A stretch of DNA of 64,000 nt from positions 207,280 through 271,279 of the forward strand of contig RBZT01000633.1 of the NCBI GenBank assembly GCA_003693705.1, in the 5' to 3' direction. Positions 1-13,013 of the stretch are shown here, piece after piece. The stretch's first letter is position 1, and each line of letters starts with the position of its first letter. Made by a program: the position numbers and the translations under genes. This stretch comes from Polymyxa betae A26-41. Its lineage: Eukaryota; Protista; Endomyxa: Phytomyxea. Under the pieces are notes generated by a model. That model was given only the letters and a program-made list of their open reading frames with translations. It was not told the origin of the DNA and did no database searches.

Positions 1-169
1 TTCGACTGGAGCCTGTTAAGAGCACTATTTTCGAACTTCCCTAGATAAATACAGCGTTAATCTTACCAAAATCCAAGAGAACAGAGCTATCCTTCTCCGA
101 AGTACCAAACTTGATTAAACCAATGGGTCCTTTTTTGTCATCAATGTTATCAGCTGATCGCCTCGACAT
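1..169 (-). CDS. 5' end of a hypothetical spliced gene running off the window
   Basis: ATG at 169 (MSRRSADNIDDKKGPIGLIKFGTSEKDSSVLLDF), then a GTAAG donor at 66 and a plausible CAG acceptor at 13; no family recognised. Confidence 0.35.
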
Positions 170-553
170 TGGCGCCCGCTGTGGTGGTATAGTAATAGGA
201 ATGCTGATGTGACAAAAACAGGTATGGACCGTCAGCGATAGAACCAAGAGGACCTCTGCATGCATCTGAAAAGGCCATTGAAGATATGGCGAGGCCATTG
301 GCGAAATCCGAGCAGAATCGATGAACAGGCTATCCTAACTTCCGATCATCCTCTTTTGCAACCCTTCATGGGAGCAGAGCAACGTCAACCCTGGAAGAAG
401 ACAAACGACAGACAACTTCGATTTTGAAGTAATGAAGCGAAGGGAACTCCTGCAAGTGATCACATAAGAAGTAACGTAAATAGTTATTTGTTACACATAA
501 ACGACAGCTATAGAGAGAATATATTCAAGAGTTGACTTGTTTATATGAAAAAA

Positions 554-1198
554 TCAGAACAGCAGAACCGACTTGCCATTGATAGGGCCGTGGCCGTTCA
601 GGAGCTTAGCGTGAACACCACGGTTCTCGAGACGGCCCTGGTCGCGGTACTTGATGTATTCGTCACGAGTGAATTCAGTGAATCCCCACATGTTGGACAC
701 TGCGATGTGCTGCCGGCCAGGGAACTTGTATTTGGCACGACGGATGGCTTCCAGAACGTGCTGACGAGCAGAGTCCTTAGCACGAACGGACAGGATCGGG
801 TCGCCGATGTTAACACGGGCGACGATACCAGCCGGCTTACCGAAGGCGTGTCTCATACCGGTTTGCAGACGATCGGCACCGGCACACGACAACATCTTGT
901 TAATACGAACGACATGGAAAGGATGGGTTCGTATACGAAGGTGGAAGGTATCCTTGCCGGAGTATCGAACCATGTATTTGTTGACGGCAATACGGCCAGC
1001 TTCCAGGGCTTCCGAACTCAGCTGTTCCTTCTCACCAGAGACCAGGTGGATACAGAGCGGGAACTGGTCAGCATGGGCAGTCTTGGCACCGACATCGTAG
1101 ATACGGATCTTGGGGTCGGGGACACCACGAAGGTATCGAGACTTGATGTAAGGCTTATTCTTGCAGTAGCGGTAGCATCGGGCAGGACGGCGACCCAT
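554..1198 (-). CDS. RPL10: 60S ribosomal protein L10 (uL16), intronless
   Basis: [17 protein letters not shown]...[25 protein letters not shown]; start taken at MGRRP (1198), not the upstream ORF-track start. Confidence 0.99.
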   Translation of the reverse strand: MGRRPARCYRYCKNKPYIKSRYLRGVPDPKIRIYDVGAKTAHADQFPLCIHLVSGEKEQLSSEALEAGRIAVNKYMVRYSGKDTFHLRIRTHPFHVVRINKMLSCAGADRLQTGMRHAFGKPAGIVARVNIGDPILSVRAKDSARQHVLEAIRRAKYKFPGRQHIAVSNMWGFTEFTRDEYIKYRDQGRLENRGVHAKLLNGHGPINGKSVLLF

Positions 1199-1241
1199 GA
1201 TCTCGATACAGATGACGACGATCTGAAACACCGTCCACTAG

Positions 1242-1274
1242 ATAGAACGGATTGCGTCACGGACTCCGTTCTAT
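1242..1274. promoter_or_regulatory. Candidate promoter element CGGATTGCGTCACGGAC within a 10-bp inverted repeat, about 50 bp upstream of RPL10
   Basis: 17-mer at 1248-1264 is identical to 7220-7236; arms ATAGAACGGA (1242-1251) and TCCGTTCTAT (1265-1274). Confidence 0.6.
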
Positions 1275-1344
1275 ATGTGCCTATCCCCTAAGATTAATCA
1301 TTGCTTTCCTGCTCACATGACACAAGACTGAAATGATGAATAGT

Positions 1345-3174
1345 TTAGTTTTTCCCTCTTTGCAAAACGGCCCAATTGTTAACCATTAATTTTTGAACGC
1401 AAAGTAGGGCTTGTTGTTGAACGTCTTGTTCGGGGTGCGACATCTTTAAAATTAGCTTCTCTTGGCCACTCAACTTTCGAACGACCTGTTTTCCAGCTGG
1501 ATAAATTCTTGCGAATTCACCAAGATCGAAACAACAAATTGCTACAGTTTGATGATGCTTCGATTCCAGCAAATCTATTAACCTATACAATATTCAGCGA
1601 TATGTATACCGAAAAAGGAGTTGCCGACCTTTTGATTGGGGCGAATCCGTCAACTTCGCATTTTGAAGCATTCTCCTTCCAGAAGGCTTCTGTGTGAATC
1701 GGGCCCCATTTTAACTGTCCAATTTGTAGTTCATTCAGGAATACCTCAAATGATCTAAGAGAAAATTCGGTAATCTTCTAACCGTAAAAGTATAAGAAGT
1801 ACGAGTATTGCTTAACAGCTTTAAAAAGTTCAGAGCGAATGAAATCAATGTCAGTCACCATCTCTGAATCGATCGCAGTAGCTCGTTGCTCTAGTAGATC
1901 TAATGTGGTTATAAAATTTAATTGTACGAGCATTTCATTAAAGCAAAGATGCCCGATCATATTCTGGTGAACCCAAATTAGGAATGAACGTGAACAATAT
2001 CACAATATTACTCTGATGCAAGCAATAACGATTCTGGCAACTTTATCCCTAGAAACATTTCGAACCGTCTCAACCAGAACTGGAATGACAGAATCCCGCA
2101 GAAAGAACGAGTGGATTTTGCTCTGGGTGGCAAATATTGTGATTACGTTTGTCAAAAAGCATGCAGAATACTTACATTAAATGAGAGCAACCAAATGCAA
2201 AAGCCTGCTTGATAAACTATTTGAGTGTTCCGAGTTGATTCGAACTGCAGAGTTCTGACAAGGCTGCAAAACGACCTTAATTTCCAACAAATTTCCAATA
2301 ACAAATTACCTAGATAAGCCACCCTCTTCTGCAAACTGTACTTGAGCCTGAGGCTCCTTTAAGAACAACTTTAAGCACGTCAAAGCGACAGCATGACATC
2401 TAAAAGTTCTTCAGCACATAAATATGAAATGTTGTTAACTTACCGGTCATTAGTATCAGCCACTTTGGCGTTCAGCCACGACCCAAACATCGATACCACC
2501 TTATTATCAGTAGTATATCCTGGAGGTTTTAGGCTTCATTACAGATTAGAAATTTGTGAGTTGAATTCTTCAGCAGAAAGGAGTATTACCTGATGAGAAG
2601 AGAAAATAATATGCAAGCTTTTTCAATAGTGAACGGATGATAATCACTACGAGCTAGAATCCTATTATAGGTTGACTATGTAGTCAGCAAGAAACAGTGT
2701 CATTTCTATACCTCAGCAACAAAGAGTGAAAGTCGAAGTCTGAGGTTTGCAGCGACAAAAACAATGGCGAGGCGTCAATGTTCTCTAACAGAGCGAATGA
2801 TATAACGTTCATGATGAAGAGAGCAACTGACTTCGTAAAAATTCTTCAAGTATAACCAGGACGAATTGTGTGATGTCCTCATCAGTCCACTTTTTCAAGC
2901 ATGTAATGCAAGCTTGGATTAAGGCCAGGCCATTCTGCTCATGCAGTTTACAGAAGCGTATATCTTCGAAGCAAATCAATACCTTGGCGTCATACTGGTT
3001 TTCTGGAGCCTTCTTGATTAGGTTGACTTCTTGTTCCGAGATCACTTTCGACAGATTTCTCCATGGCAGCAAACTCGCACGTGCGATAACGGACTCGTTA
3101 TCAATGGCGGTCAGCTCTTGAGCAGTCTCGAATTCGAAACCCGAGAGCGATAACCGATGCTCGATGGAAACCAT
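1345..3174 (-). CDS. V-type H+-ATPase V1 subunit H, multi-exon
   Basis: Exons encode QIVYQAGFCIWLLSF, LKWGPIHTEAFWKENA, AICCFDLGEFARIYPAGKQVV and QQQALLCVQKLMVNNW, typical of VMA13/ATP6V1H. Confidence 0.93.
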
Positions 3175-3641
3175 CTTCTATCAATATGGGCTAAGTCGAT
3201 AATGACTGATGAGGTCAGCAGTGTCAATATGCAGTAAAGTGGCTACGCTCTCTTCGCTGTCGTTTCGTTTTATCAAAATGAGAATTCCGATTCGCTATAC
3301 AAAGCAAATTGCATGCGGCACCTTCAAGCATCATGATCCAGCAAGAATAAGCCCATCAGCGTGTTGTAAGTTTATCGTTTTGTTGGGTGGGTCGATATCA
3401 TACTAAACTTACAGAATAGGAAACTGCTTCACAAAAACGGCACCAAAAAATTGATTTGTATTCAATCGAATTCAATTGTTCTTGTGTCAATCCAGATGCC
3501 TAAATTGATTCCGAAATCTTTCTGAAAAATTGTTATTCTGCGCGAATCGAATGACCTGAAACGAGTTCAGGCCGAATTTTTGCAGAACATCTTTCGCCTA
3601 CGTCTTTGAAGCCGTTATAATTCGAACTATACTCTGTTAGC

Positions 3642-4417
3642 ATGGAAGGCGAGGTATGTGTCCAGACATTCTCAGGTCCAAGTCGTCATGATCCACTTGT
3701 AAACGTTCTCGATGGTCTGGAATTATATCATGATGTCGTCGACGCCGATCTGCAGCGAAAATTGCTTGACTTCGTTGAGAAAGATATTCGAAAGGGAGAA
3801 AATCAGCTTCTGATTGGGTATCCAATATTCGGTTGATAAAGGACAAATTTGATTTTACATTAGAAAATCCTATCAGCCACCAGAAGCCAAGAAATGGGCT
3901 GGAAGATCTAAAAGCAGGCTCTTGCTGCAGTATGGTTCGTGATTTCGGTCATAGCATCTTGATTTATTAATTGGCATATTCAGGAGCGTATACCTTATGT
4001 AATCGTGTTTATCGACATATTGCTGTAGAACCGATTCAAACAGAACCTTTGCAGTTACTTATAGACACATTATATTCCAAAGGCGTTCTAAAAGATACAA
4101 GTTGTAGACCTAATCAATGTACTATAAATGTGTATGAACAAGGAAATTGGCTTCCAGCACATGTCGACAACAAAGAGTTTCAAAGGCCCATAATTACTGT
4201 CTCGTTATTGTCGGAACAAGAAATGGTTTTGGGAGAACAATTACGTCTGGTGGAGGATGGCGTCTTCGACCAAGAACAATGTCGGTTAAGGCTGCCAATA
4301 GGATCGGCTGTTTGCCTCTGGCGTAATGCTGCTGATAGTCTGAAACACGCTCTACCAGCATGTACCTCCAAACGCATCTCAATCACATTGAGATATTTAC
4401 CGGAGTTACCTGCTTAA
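3642..4417 (+). CDS. AlkB-family 2OG-Fe(II) dioxygenase, ALKBH9/ALKBH5-like (putative RNA m6A demethylase), 3 exons
   Basis: VNVLDGLELY...; NQCTINVYEQGNWLPAHVDNKEFQRPIITVSL (HxD); distal His in LKHALP; RISITLR; start codon uncertain. Confidence 0.85.
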
Positions 4418-4706
4418 TGTTGTATTATCTCTATTATTAAATTCACCATCTGTTTAATCTCGCTCCTGTTTTAATTTGATAGAGTGATACGCCGTTGGAT
4501 AATTCTTTATTCTGAAGACATCAAAAGTCGAATGATTTTAGCTAATAGTTATCGACTGAAGTTAGGGTTTTGGGGTTTGGGGGTTCGATTTTGTAACAAC
4601 AAAAGTGCGTTCAGGTTGAGCCAGCGAACACTTTTTCATAATCGCCTTTCTGTAATCTCTTGTTGGGGGTCGTCTTCCAAGCCCCAGAGCTGGCGACGTC
4701 TAATCT

Positions 4707-6146
4707 ATGGGCTCGTTTCTTGCCAGATGCATTGCCGCCGCTCTGCTGGTCGTCGCTTTCTTGATTGTTGCTGAAGCCTCTGGGGATTACTATTCAATGC
4801 TTGGTGTGGCGAGAGATGCGACACAGAATGAGGTGAGCTTGTTTTGTTCCTGACAATTGCTGCTGAAAGGAATTAGATTAAGAAAGCCTTCAACAAACAA
4901 GCCAGAAATGTTCATCCAGATAGGAACAAGGTGATCTTGTCGTTATTGCAGAGTCTCTTAATTAATATCGCCGACAGAGTCCAGATGCAGAAGAACAGTT
5001 CAAGAAGTTAAAGAAGGCATACGATGTTCTATATGATGAAGAACGACGATCAGTGTATGATCGATATGGCGAGGATGGTATCGATCGAATTGAAAATGGC
5101 CAAGGTGGATTCAGTCGATCCTCCTCCTCCGTATTCGATTTTTTCGAGCAATTTGGAGGGTTTAACGGTATGGGAAATGCCAGATTCGAACAAGAAGAAC
5201 AACGGGGTGAAGACCTTCAAATGGTGCATCCAATCTCCATTATTGCCACTATTCAAAATTTCTGACAATGCTCAGGCGCTTGTTATTACTTTGGAAGAGG
5301 TGTTTACTGGAACAACTAAACACGCTCACATGAACTGTCATGAGACCTGTCCGCATTGTAAAGGCTCAGGAGCTGACTCTCCTCATGACATTCAAACCTG
5401 TCCACAATGTCATGGTCATGGTCGCCTCGTCACCCGACAAGGATGGGTGACAACGGTAGTCATGCGTGTTCCAATCAATCAGATCGTTTAATTTATCATA
5501 GTGCAATGTTTGCGGTGGGAAAGGCAAACTCGTACGAAGTAAATGTCATATGTGTAAAGGGCACAAAGTAAGGTTTTCCCAATTACCTCGTTTGTTGCTT
5601 CTCAGCAGTCACATTCAGGTTGTTCCGCATCCGAAAGAATTCGAGATTTACGTGCCAAAGGGCATTAAAGAGAACGAGGTCCTTGTTCACGAACATGAAG
5701 GTGACGAGCGTCCCGATATGAGACCTGGACACATTTCTTTCACAATATCGACGGCAGCTCATCCGGTATTCACCCGGAATGGCGACAACCTTGAGGCTAA
5801 TTTGTAGGCGGTATTCCTCGAATAGTTAATATTCTTCTAACTATGCTCAGGGAAATCGATTTGTTGGAATCCCTAGTAGGTTTTGAAAAAACCATACAAG
5901 GCCTAGATGGGAAACCCATCAAAGTGTCAAATAACGAAGTATGTTGATATCTGCACGCATCTTCTGTCTGCTGAATGTTCGCAGATCACCAATCCAGGAC
6001 AGGTTTTGACTGTCAAAAAGGCAGGCTTGCCAAACAAACAGAAACCGTCGAAATTTGGCGATCTATTTATTAAATGCCAAGTGCGTTTTCCTTTCAAATT
6101 AACGCCAGAACAAGCTGCTGTTATCGATAAAGTTCTTCCAAAATAG
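4707..6146 (+). CDS. Type I DnaJ/Hsp40 with signal peptide (ER Scj1/ERdj3-like), multi-exon
   Basis: Hydrophobic leader MGSFLARCIAAALLVVAFLIVAEASG, J domain (DYYSMLGV...HPD), G/F region, CxxCxGxG zinc repeats, C-terminal GDLFIKCQVRFP. Confidence 0.93.
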
Positions 6147-6271
6147 AACTTCTCATAGGCAGTGCGCGTATAGCATTGTAATAATGTCGCTTCCAATGTG
6201 TAAATAAACAATACATCAGCCATGGTCCAATTAAATGGAAAGTTGTATATGTATTGGATTCGAAAAGAAAA

Positions 6272-7162
6272 TTAGATAAATTCGTCAATGAGCGAGCTGC
6301 GAAGATCGTTGACGATGGCGTCTTTTGGACCTTCATGCAGGTTGAATATTGATTCAATAACACTCTTCTCAGTCGTCGTTGTAGCGATGCCACAGAAAGC
6401 AGTCCAATCGTTGACGACGAGACCGGCAGCGATCACATCGCTACCGCGATTGACAGTTCCGGCAGTTAGCGGAACTTGCAATAATGAAGACAATTCTAAA
6501 GACTGAATCAGAGGGCAGTATGACCAAATGAATCGCAATCAAACCTTGTTGCTCTTCTAGAGTGGTCTTAGGATGGACCAGACCGCCCTGGTTCGTTAGT
6601 TTACAGTAACTTCCAACCAGAACATTGCCAGCGATGCTCTGACGGAAGACTTCGACGCCGAGAACATCGGCGACGATCTCTTCTGTGGCTTGGTCAATGT
6701 CGGGATGGACCAGGGCGACATGGTCATTACAGGCGATGACATTGCCCAATGCACTCAGTTTCTCCTCAATCCTTTGAATCTAACAACAGATTGCTTCAGT
6801 TCAACAATTTAGCAAATTCCATCGCACTGGTACTTTGGCAGAATTCGGCAGCGAATTCCTCAGATGCTGAAGTTCGAGGTCGGTGGTCGTACTGGGCACC
6901 AGCAAGCCGTTCTTGTTACCGACAGTTAATCGGCCCACGATACGACATCCAGCAATTGAGCTGTGAATAACGGGGATGTGATCAGCCAGTTCGCCTTCGA
7001 ATGCGCTGTAGAACGAATCGCTGGCGCCGATTCCCACCAGACAGTACGAATTCGTCAGAGAGGCAAAGACGCCGATTTCGTCCGAATTCTCGAATTTCAC
7101 ACCTGGATGGAATTCAGAGACGGCGCCCACCCGAGCCTGGCTGTCGACTTACGAATTGCCAT
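6272..7162 (-). CDS. EIF6: Eukaryotic translation initiation factor 6 (TIF6), multi-exon
   Basis: 10-nt first exon (7153-7162) spliced to give [16 protein letters not shown]; GNKNGLLVP; [20 protein letters not shown]. Confidence 0.98.
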
Positions 7163-7219
7163 GAGGCTGTTCTCAGAGAGAGAATCAAATTGCTAAAGAT
7201 TCCTCAGAAAAGGAAGACT

Positions 7220-7236
7220 CGGATTGCGTCACGGAC
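7220..7236. promoter_or_regulatory. Candidate promoter element CGGATTGCGTCACGGAC, about 58 bp upstream of eIF6
   Basis: Exact 17-bp match to the RPL10 upstream copy, same orientation and similar distance from the ATG. Confidence 0.6.
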
Positions 7237-7716
7237 CTCTCTGTTCAGCCATGCTTTACTGCGATTTTCCATTTCAAATTGAGTTTTCGAGTTCTCGTGA
7301 AATTTCATTTCTCAGGCGTTTACAATTTTTGCGGATTTGTGCGAGACGAAAAGATTTCTCGAAAAGGGCCGAAAAACAGGGAAATTCAGTAAAAAACAGC
7401 ATTGTGGACTGGCGGGCAAACTGGTCATGTTCTTTTTTAACAGAAGTTATGATGGGTTTATTCAACCCAGTAAACAAGAGAAAACTTGAATTCCAGGTTT
7501 GTTCTGAACAAGCTGAAGGGAGCAACCATAATCCTCAATTGTTGTCTGGATTGCAATGAAAGTGGTCGAGCTGTCATGGAACGAGGTTAATTCAAAAAGC
7601 CGGTGATAACGACGAGAATTTCGTGCGATCTAAACTCTTGGACTCAGCTGGAAACGAATATAATAGTTGTTAGTATTTAATGATAATAGAAATCAACATC
7701 CAGGTAAAACAGCTCA

Positions 7717-8785
7717 TTACATATCCAATAATTTTCTGGCCTTGGATTTCATCTCTTCAAACGTGATCACACCCATATTACACGCCTTCTCATAATTGGC
7801 AAGCATGAACTTGGTCTCCTCTTGTTTGGCCTTGGCTTTGTGAATCTCCAGAAACTCCATAATTCCAGCACAGGCCTTATTGAAATCGGCTGACATCTTA
7901 CACAACGCCTGTGTTTGAGTCTGCATCAACGCCTTCTTACCCTGCTGCTGTGCCTGCGATGTTAACGGGGCGGATCTGGCAGCAAGCGGCTCTGATTGTG
8001 GTTTCGGGCATGGATTGTGACTAGCGCCATTCTGGTTAGCGGCGTCATCTGAATCAGATTCGGAAGCGGTCGGCGTCATCTGTGAAGGCTGGGCCGACAT
8101 TGGCTGAGAAGACGGCGCTGGTTGAGGCAAATTCTGTGAATCGCCGCAGGCAGCAGGTTCACTGCAGCCGGCACTGACGGCAGCTGTTGTCTGCGATGGC
8201 GTCGTGGAAGACGCTGGAGTCTCAGGTGGCTTTTCTGTTGGTGGTGCCTGAATGGTGACAGCGTTCATAGGCTTCTGCTGGGACGAGATCTCGGCGTTGT
8301 GATTACGCCAGAGAATCTGCTGCATCAGCGGAGACGCACCCGTCATCTTCAGACGCTTCAGAATCTGTTCGTTCTGCTGGACAAGTTCGGTAATTGAGCT
8401 GTTCTGCCCTGTGCCTTCCAGCTCTTTCAACATGTTTCGGACACGGGTCTTCAAATGTTCGTTGTCGAAGGCCGATGCTTCCGGATACAGCCCAACAAAA
8501 TCGTTGTACACCTAATTGAAGTTGAAAACAGTGATGAAGGCTTGATGGCGTCAAGCGAACCTTTTTCCAGACAGAAGATGGGACCAATTGAGTGACACTT
8601 TCTCGAGATTGAACGTATTGTGAGTAATGCATACGATAGGATGCGATTAGAGTACTCATATGTTGAGGTGTCAAAGTGGCCCGTGGCTTTCGTTTCTTTT
8701 TGGCGCTGTTCGGCGTGCCGGGTGGCTGTAAATCAGGTGCAACCGGCAGCACGAGCTCAGTCTGGTCGGCCGTGGTCGTTGACAT
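7717..8785 (-). CDS. Myb/SANT-like (trihelix/MADF-type) DNA-binding protein, 2 exons
   Basis: Intron 8512-8560 joins two ORFs: basic KKKRKPR, helical domain ...SSVWKKVYNDFVGLYP...EHLKTRVRNMLKEL, S/P/Q-rich linker, helical C-terminus. Confidence 0.6.
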
Positions 8786-9197
8786 GACGCTTGCGATAGT
8801 CAAGGCGAATTTAGGCGGAAATCTCGGCGTGAAAAAATAACCCGTTCAGCATGGATGAACCGCGCAGTTTTTTCCGCCCATTTTCAATCGGGTTCATTTT
8901 CACAAAATTTAGCTGCATCTCCGCTAATCTGAAACATTGCACAGATGCGGACTTTTCTCACTTCACTGAGTTTTTCCCACTGTTGTCTGGGCTTTCTATG
9001 ACTCTGACCAATGGGAAAAACTCGGTCTTGAACTATTATTAAAATGGCTATTGTTGTATCGGAATTGATGACTCGATGTCACCTAGCCAAACGGCTCAAT
9101 GAGGAATCCGATTCAGGTCTATTGGAAGATTTCTGAGTACCTTGAGCCGATCAAAGGACAGCTTGATTAGATTCCAAATTGTCTGCCGATCACAGCC

Positions 9198-10266
9198 ATG
9201 ATTATCGGTGAGAGTATCAACCAAGTTTGTCTCAATCGATGCTTGAACCCAGCTGAGAAGCTAGCAGTACGAGCATCGTTAAATCAGCTAGCTAATGAGG
9301 ATCCATTCGGATCTTTATCCTTCTGGGTAATAGTTCGCTGCTAGTTATACGTTTGCAATGTAGAATTCAAGATCGTTGTTGTTAGGGTAAAATCTATGGA
9401 GTTCAGAACGACTACTTAATCGCGAAATCATTAAATTTCAAAGTTGAGATCTCCAAGAAGTTCTACTTCAGTATGGATCAGGGCAAGACATTTGCTGTTC
9501 TTCCAAATATCGACGCTTGGATCGCCGATAAAGCTAGTAAACATCATGGACAGTTTACTGGAGACCCGAGCGCCCAGCTTCAAGAATTCGTACCTGGCCA
9601 GGGCGAAGGTGACAAGGAGGGCGAAGTCTACTAACCTGTCGCCTCCCCGATGTCTTGGCTAATTTTAAGCATAGGAGCAGGAGTCTGCTGATGGAAAGGA
9701 AGTTGACGGTTCTGCGTCGATTCGGCAACTAAGAGAGTTGGAACGGTTGTCATGGACTGTGTTGAATATCGATCATCATACAGATTTGACTATCAAAGGA
9801 TCTTATATTAGAAACTCTGCCAGTGATCTGATCCCAAACCCAAATTTCCAGGGATTAGAGTCCCCTGCTCAACTATTAGATCTGAATAACTATCAACATC
9901 TACGTCAGCCGCAAGATCTTGACAATCTCATCGTTAGTAATAATTCAAGATTACAACCCAACCTAATTTGCATTGCTCAGGAAATGACGAAACGATTAGA
10001 ATCATTCAGCATCAAAGCAGCTTTGGATACAATATCCATTGACCTACCAAAAGGTGTTTGGACAGTTTCTGCAGTGGATTCTAGTGGCACCTCTGTACAT
10101 CTTCAGAACCATCTATGGCCAGGTAAGACACCCTTAATCGATGTACATTGAAGTCAACATATGTGTAGGGTTTTCTGCTTGGGTTTCGATTGGATCACCC
10201 AGGATTGAACAAGCTGGCTACTTCGGATATGGTCAACGAAATCAGGATTTGGTCTTCGCGTTATAA
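9198..10266 (+). CDS. RSPH9: Radial spoke head protein 9, multi-exon
   Basis: FWGKIYGVQNDYLIA, FTGDP, ELERLSWTVLNID, NPNFQGL, HLWPG, C-terminal GYFGYGQRNQDLVFAL. Confidence 0.88.
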
Positions 10267-11224
10267 ACATAACACTTTAAAGTGTTTTTATGTTGAGCAG
10301 ATTGCGGTGAAGACTTTCATCTTCCTCGAGCTAGCATATGGCTCCTTAGGGATTGCCTACTTTTAGGTGTCGTAGAAGAGAGCAAGCCCCCTGCCGTTTC
10401 TTAACTGAAGTCTTTGGCCTGGTAGCAATAGCTAAGGAAGCGAAGCCCTGCCTTTATTTATCCAGCTTGTGACAGGAATTTGTTGAATACTGGCACTTGG
10501 AAGAACGAACTGATTCAGCTCGTTCAACCCACGCTCAAGCTTGAACAGAATCTTTATCTTCGAATTCGTAACTGCTCCCTCGTCTCTGTTTCTGCAATTC
10601 TGCTTCCCATTACTATTCCAGTTTGTGTATCTTTTGTCTACAGGTAATCTTATCTGTTGTATTGATAGATAGTTCGGTTCTTGACAGACTGCTTCGTTTT
10701 GACTGACATAGATCTTCTATATGCCGTTTCTCGTCGTTGACTGATTCCTTTGAGTTGGCGTAGACACTTTGGATATCAATTTCGACGTTGATTGATCCTT
10801 TTTTATTGGCGTAGGCACTTGGGATACTGGTCTGGTAGTTGAATGAACCCTTTTAACTGATGCTAACGCTTTCGATAACAGTAGCCTTTCTTGAGTCGGT
10901 GTAGATGGTTTCAATCTGTCATGTGAGCAATCAACTTTAGTGGGCGACAATTCCAGCTATCAGCAGCCACTCTTCAGGCCGTCTAGACGGTCTCAATTGT
11001 TCAGGTGCGCAATCAACTTTAGAGGGCGACAGTTTCAGCTAGCAATCAGCACGGCTCGGTTTCAACTGGTTCAAACCAAAATTGTACGGTTTGGTTTGAG
11101 GTTAATGAAATTGGTTTGGTTTGCTTTGAAGTGGTTTTGGTTTGGCTTGATGCATCGCTAAACCGCTTTGTAGCCAAGAGGAAGGTTGGGTTAACGATAG
11201 AACAAGGTGGGCGGCCATTTCTTT

Positions 11225-12604
11225 TTATAGACGGTGACATAAGGTTTGCGGTTCCAGTTCAATTCCGGTCTCAATGGAGGTCTTGAGTCGTTTCGCCAGC
11301 ACCCGGTCTCTTTTCGTTATTAAAGCATAAACTACCCCATCATTTCCAGCTCGAGCTGTTCTGCCTGCACGATGAAGAAACTCGGTTGAATTGTTAGGAA
11401 AGTCGAACATGACAACTGATGAGGAGACAGGGAGATCAATTCCACGACAAGAAATGTCAGTTGCGACCAAAATCGTTTTTTTTGCAGATAAGAACGAATC
11501 GAAGTTCGCTTTTCTGGTCTTAGGCAGAATACTGCCATGTATTGAAGTGGCTTGAGAAACCCCAGCTTCAATGAGACCATGTTCAATAGCTCGGCAGCTA
11601 TCAATAGTGTTACAGAATACAACGACACGTTGGTATTTGGGTTGGATCTCTCTAATCAGCGACACTAATTCAGTTAATTTGTCTTTACCGCCAACGTCTA
11701 TGAAGTTGACCTAGATGATACATGTGACAAATCGTATATCAAGCCAAGATTATAAAATTACCTTGAGCTTTGGAGGAATCCTGTGAAGCTGATTGGACGT
11801 TATAATTTTTAAATTCGGGAACCTTGATTGTAAGTGACGTATGCATTGCTTTGTTAAGGTGGCGCTTACGAGAACAAACTGAATGTCGGCTGATTTCGGC
11901 AACCGTTTTAATATCCCATTCTGAATTTCATCCATAAATCCACTTTTCCCGTCAAAAAGCGTATCGGCTTCATCAAACACAACTGTTTTCGTATTGTTTA
12001 AGCGGCAGAATCCATTGCTGATTAACTCGCGAAGCCTTCCAGGTGTAGCAATGACAACATCAACAGAATCATCAAATATTTGCTTTTGCTGAGAAATCGA
12101 TTTGCCCCCAACAATAAGTCTAGCAGTAAGCTTGATGTGATGACAGAACATTTTGGCGACATCGCCGATTTGCACAGCAAGTTCTCTGGAGGGAGCCAGA
12201 ACAACAGCTCGAGGATACCCAGGAGTAGCAAGCAGCCCTAAAAAGAGTCAACACGTTCTAAGCAGAAGAACATTCTTATACCTGAACTTCCTTCTAGTGA
12301 CTTCACATTATTTAGTAAAGGTAGCATATACGCTATAGTCTTCCCTATTTCAACCTTAAAACGATAAAATGACGTTGCTGGAAAGAATCTTACCTGAGCC
12401 GGTTTGATCTGCAAAAGCCACGTTTTTCCTGTCCAGAATGTGAGGTATCACCGATTGCTGAATCCATGTAGGCGTATGGATGTTTGCAGATTGCAAAGCA
12501 GTAATGAGAGCTGGGTTTAAGCCTGACGATACGAACGATAATGTCCTGATCGACAGCCGCTTGGTAACCAGAAGTAATGTCAGCGGTGATCTAGCCATTG
12601 TCAT
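11225..12604 (-). CDS. DEAD-box RNA helicase (possibly organellar), multi-exon
   Basis: Q motif PTWIQ, DQTGSGKT, ATPGRL, DEAD, SAT, RGID, HRAGRTAR; basic/hydroxylated N-terminal leader. Confidence 0.93.
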
Positions 12605-13013
12605 GACGCCGAACTTCGCAGAAAATCCCATCGCAACTGATATTCGACAACAAAAATAACTTTCAGTGGTCAGTAGGACGCTTCAGTTGGAGTTATTCCC
12701 ATAGGATTGTTCAATGGTACAATTGGATGCTATCAGCAGTACCACTGTTCGTCCTGGCTTTTCCCGACCACTAAGCAATTCCGACACTTGCCTTGCTTGC
12801 AGAATACAATACTGGAATGGGATTCACTGGCCAAGACTGGTACCAGATGCTGGAAGACAGATAGAGAGTGAATAGATAAGCGTAAGAGCTCTCAGTTACC
12901 ATTATACTACAACAACATGAACAAATGCGTTGCTGTTGCTATCTGAGACTGAGTATCAGATTGGACGACGACTCTGCTCTAAGCTGTCTTCAGACTATAG
13001 ATATAATCAGACC

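Noticed and set aside
260-427. 55-aa plus-strand ORF or possible ncRNA between the first gene and RPL10
   Set aside because: No recognisable motif; does not match U1-U5, U3 or SRP hallmarks I could check by eye
545-1291. 248-aa plus-strand ORF covering RPL10
   Set aside because: Antisense mirror of a codon-biased ribosomal protein gene; no recognisable protein features
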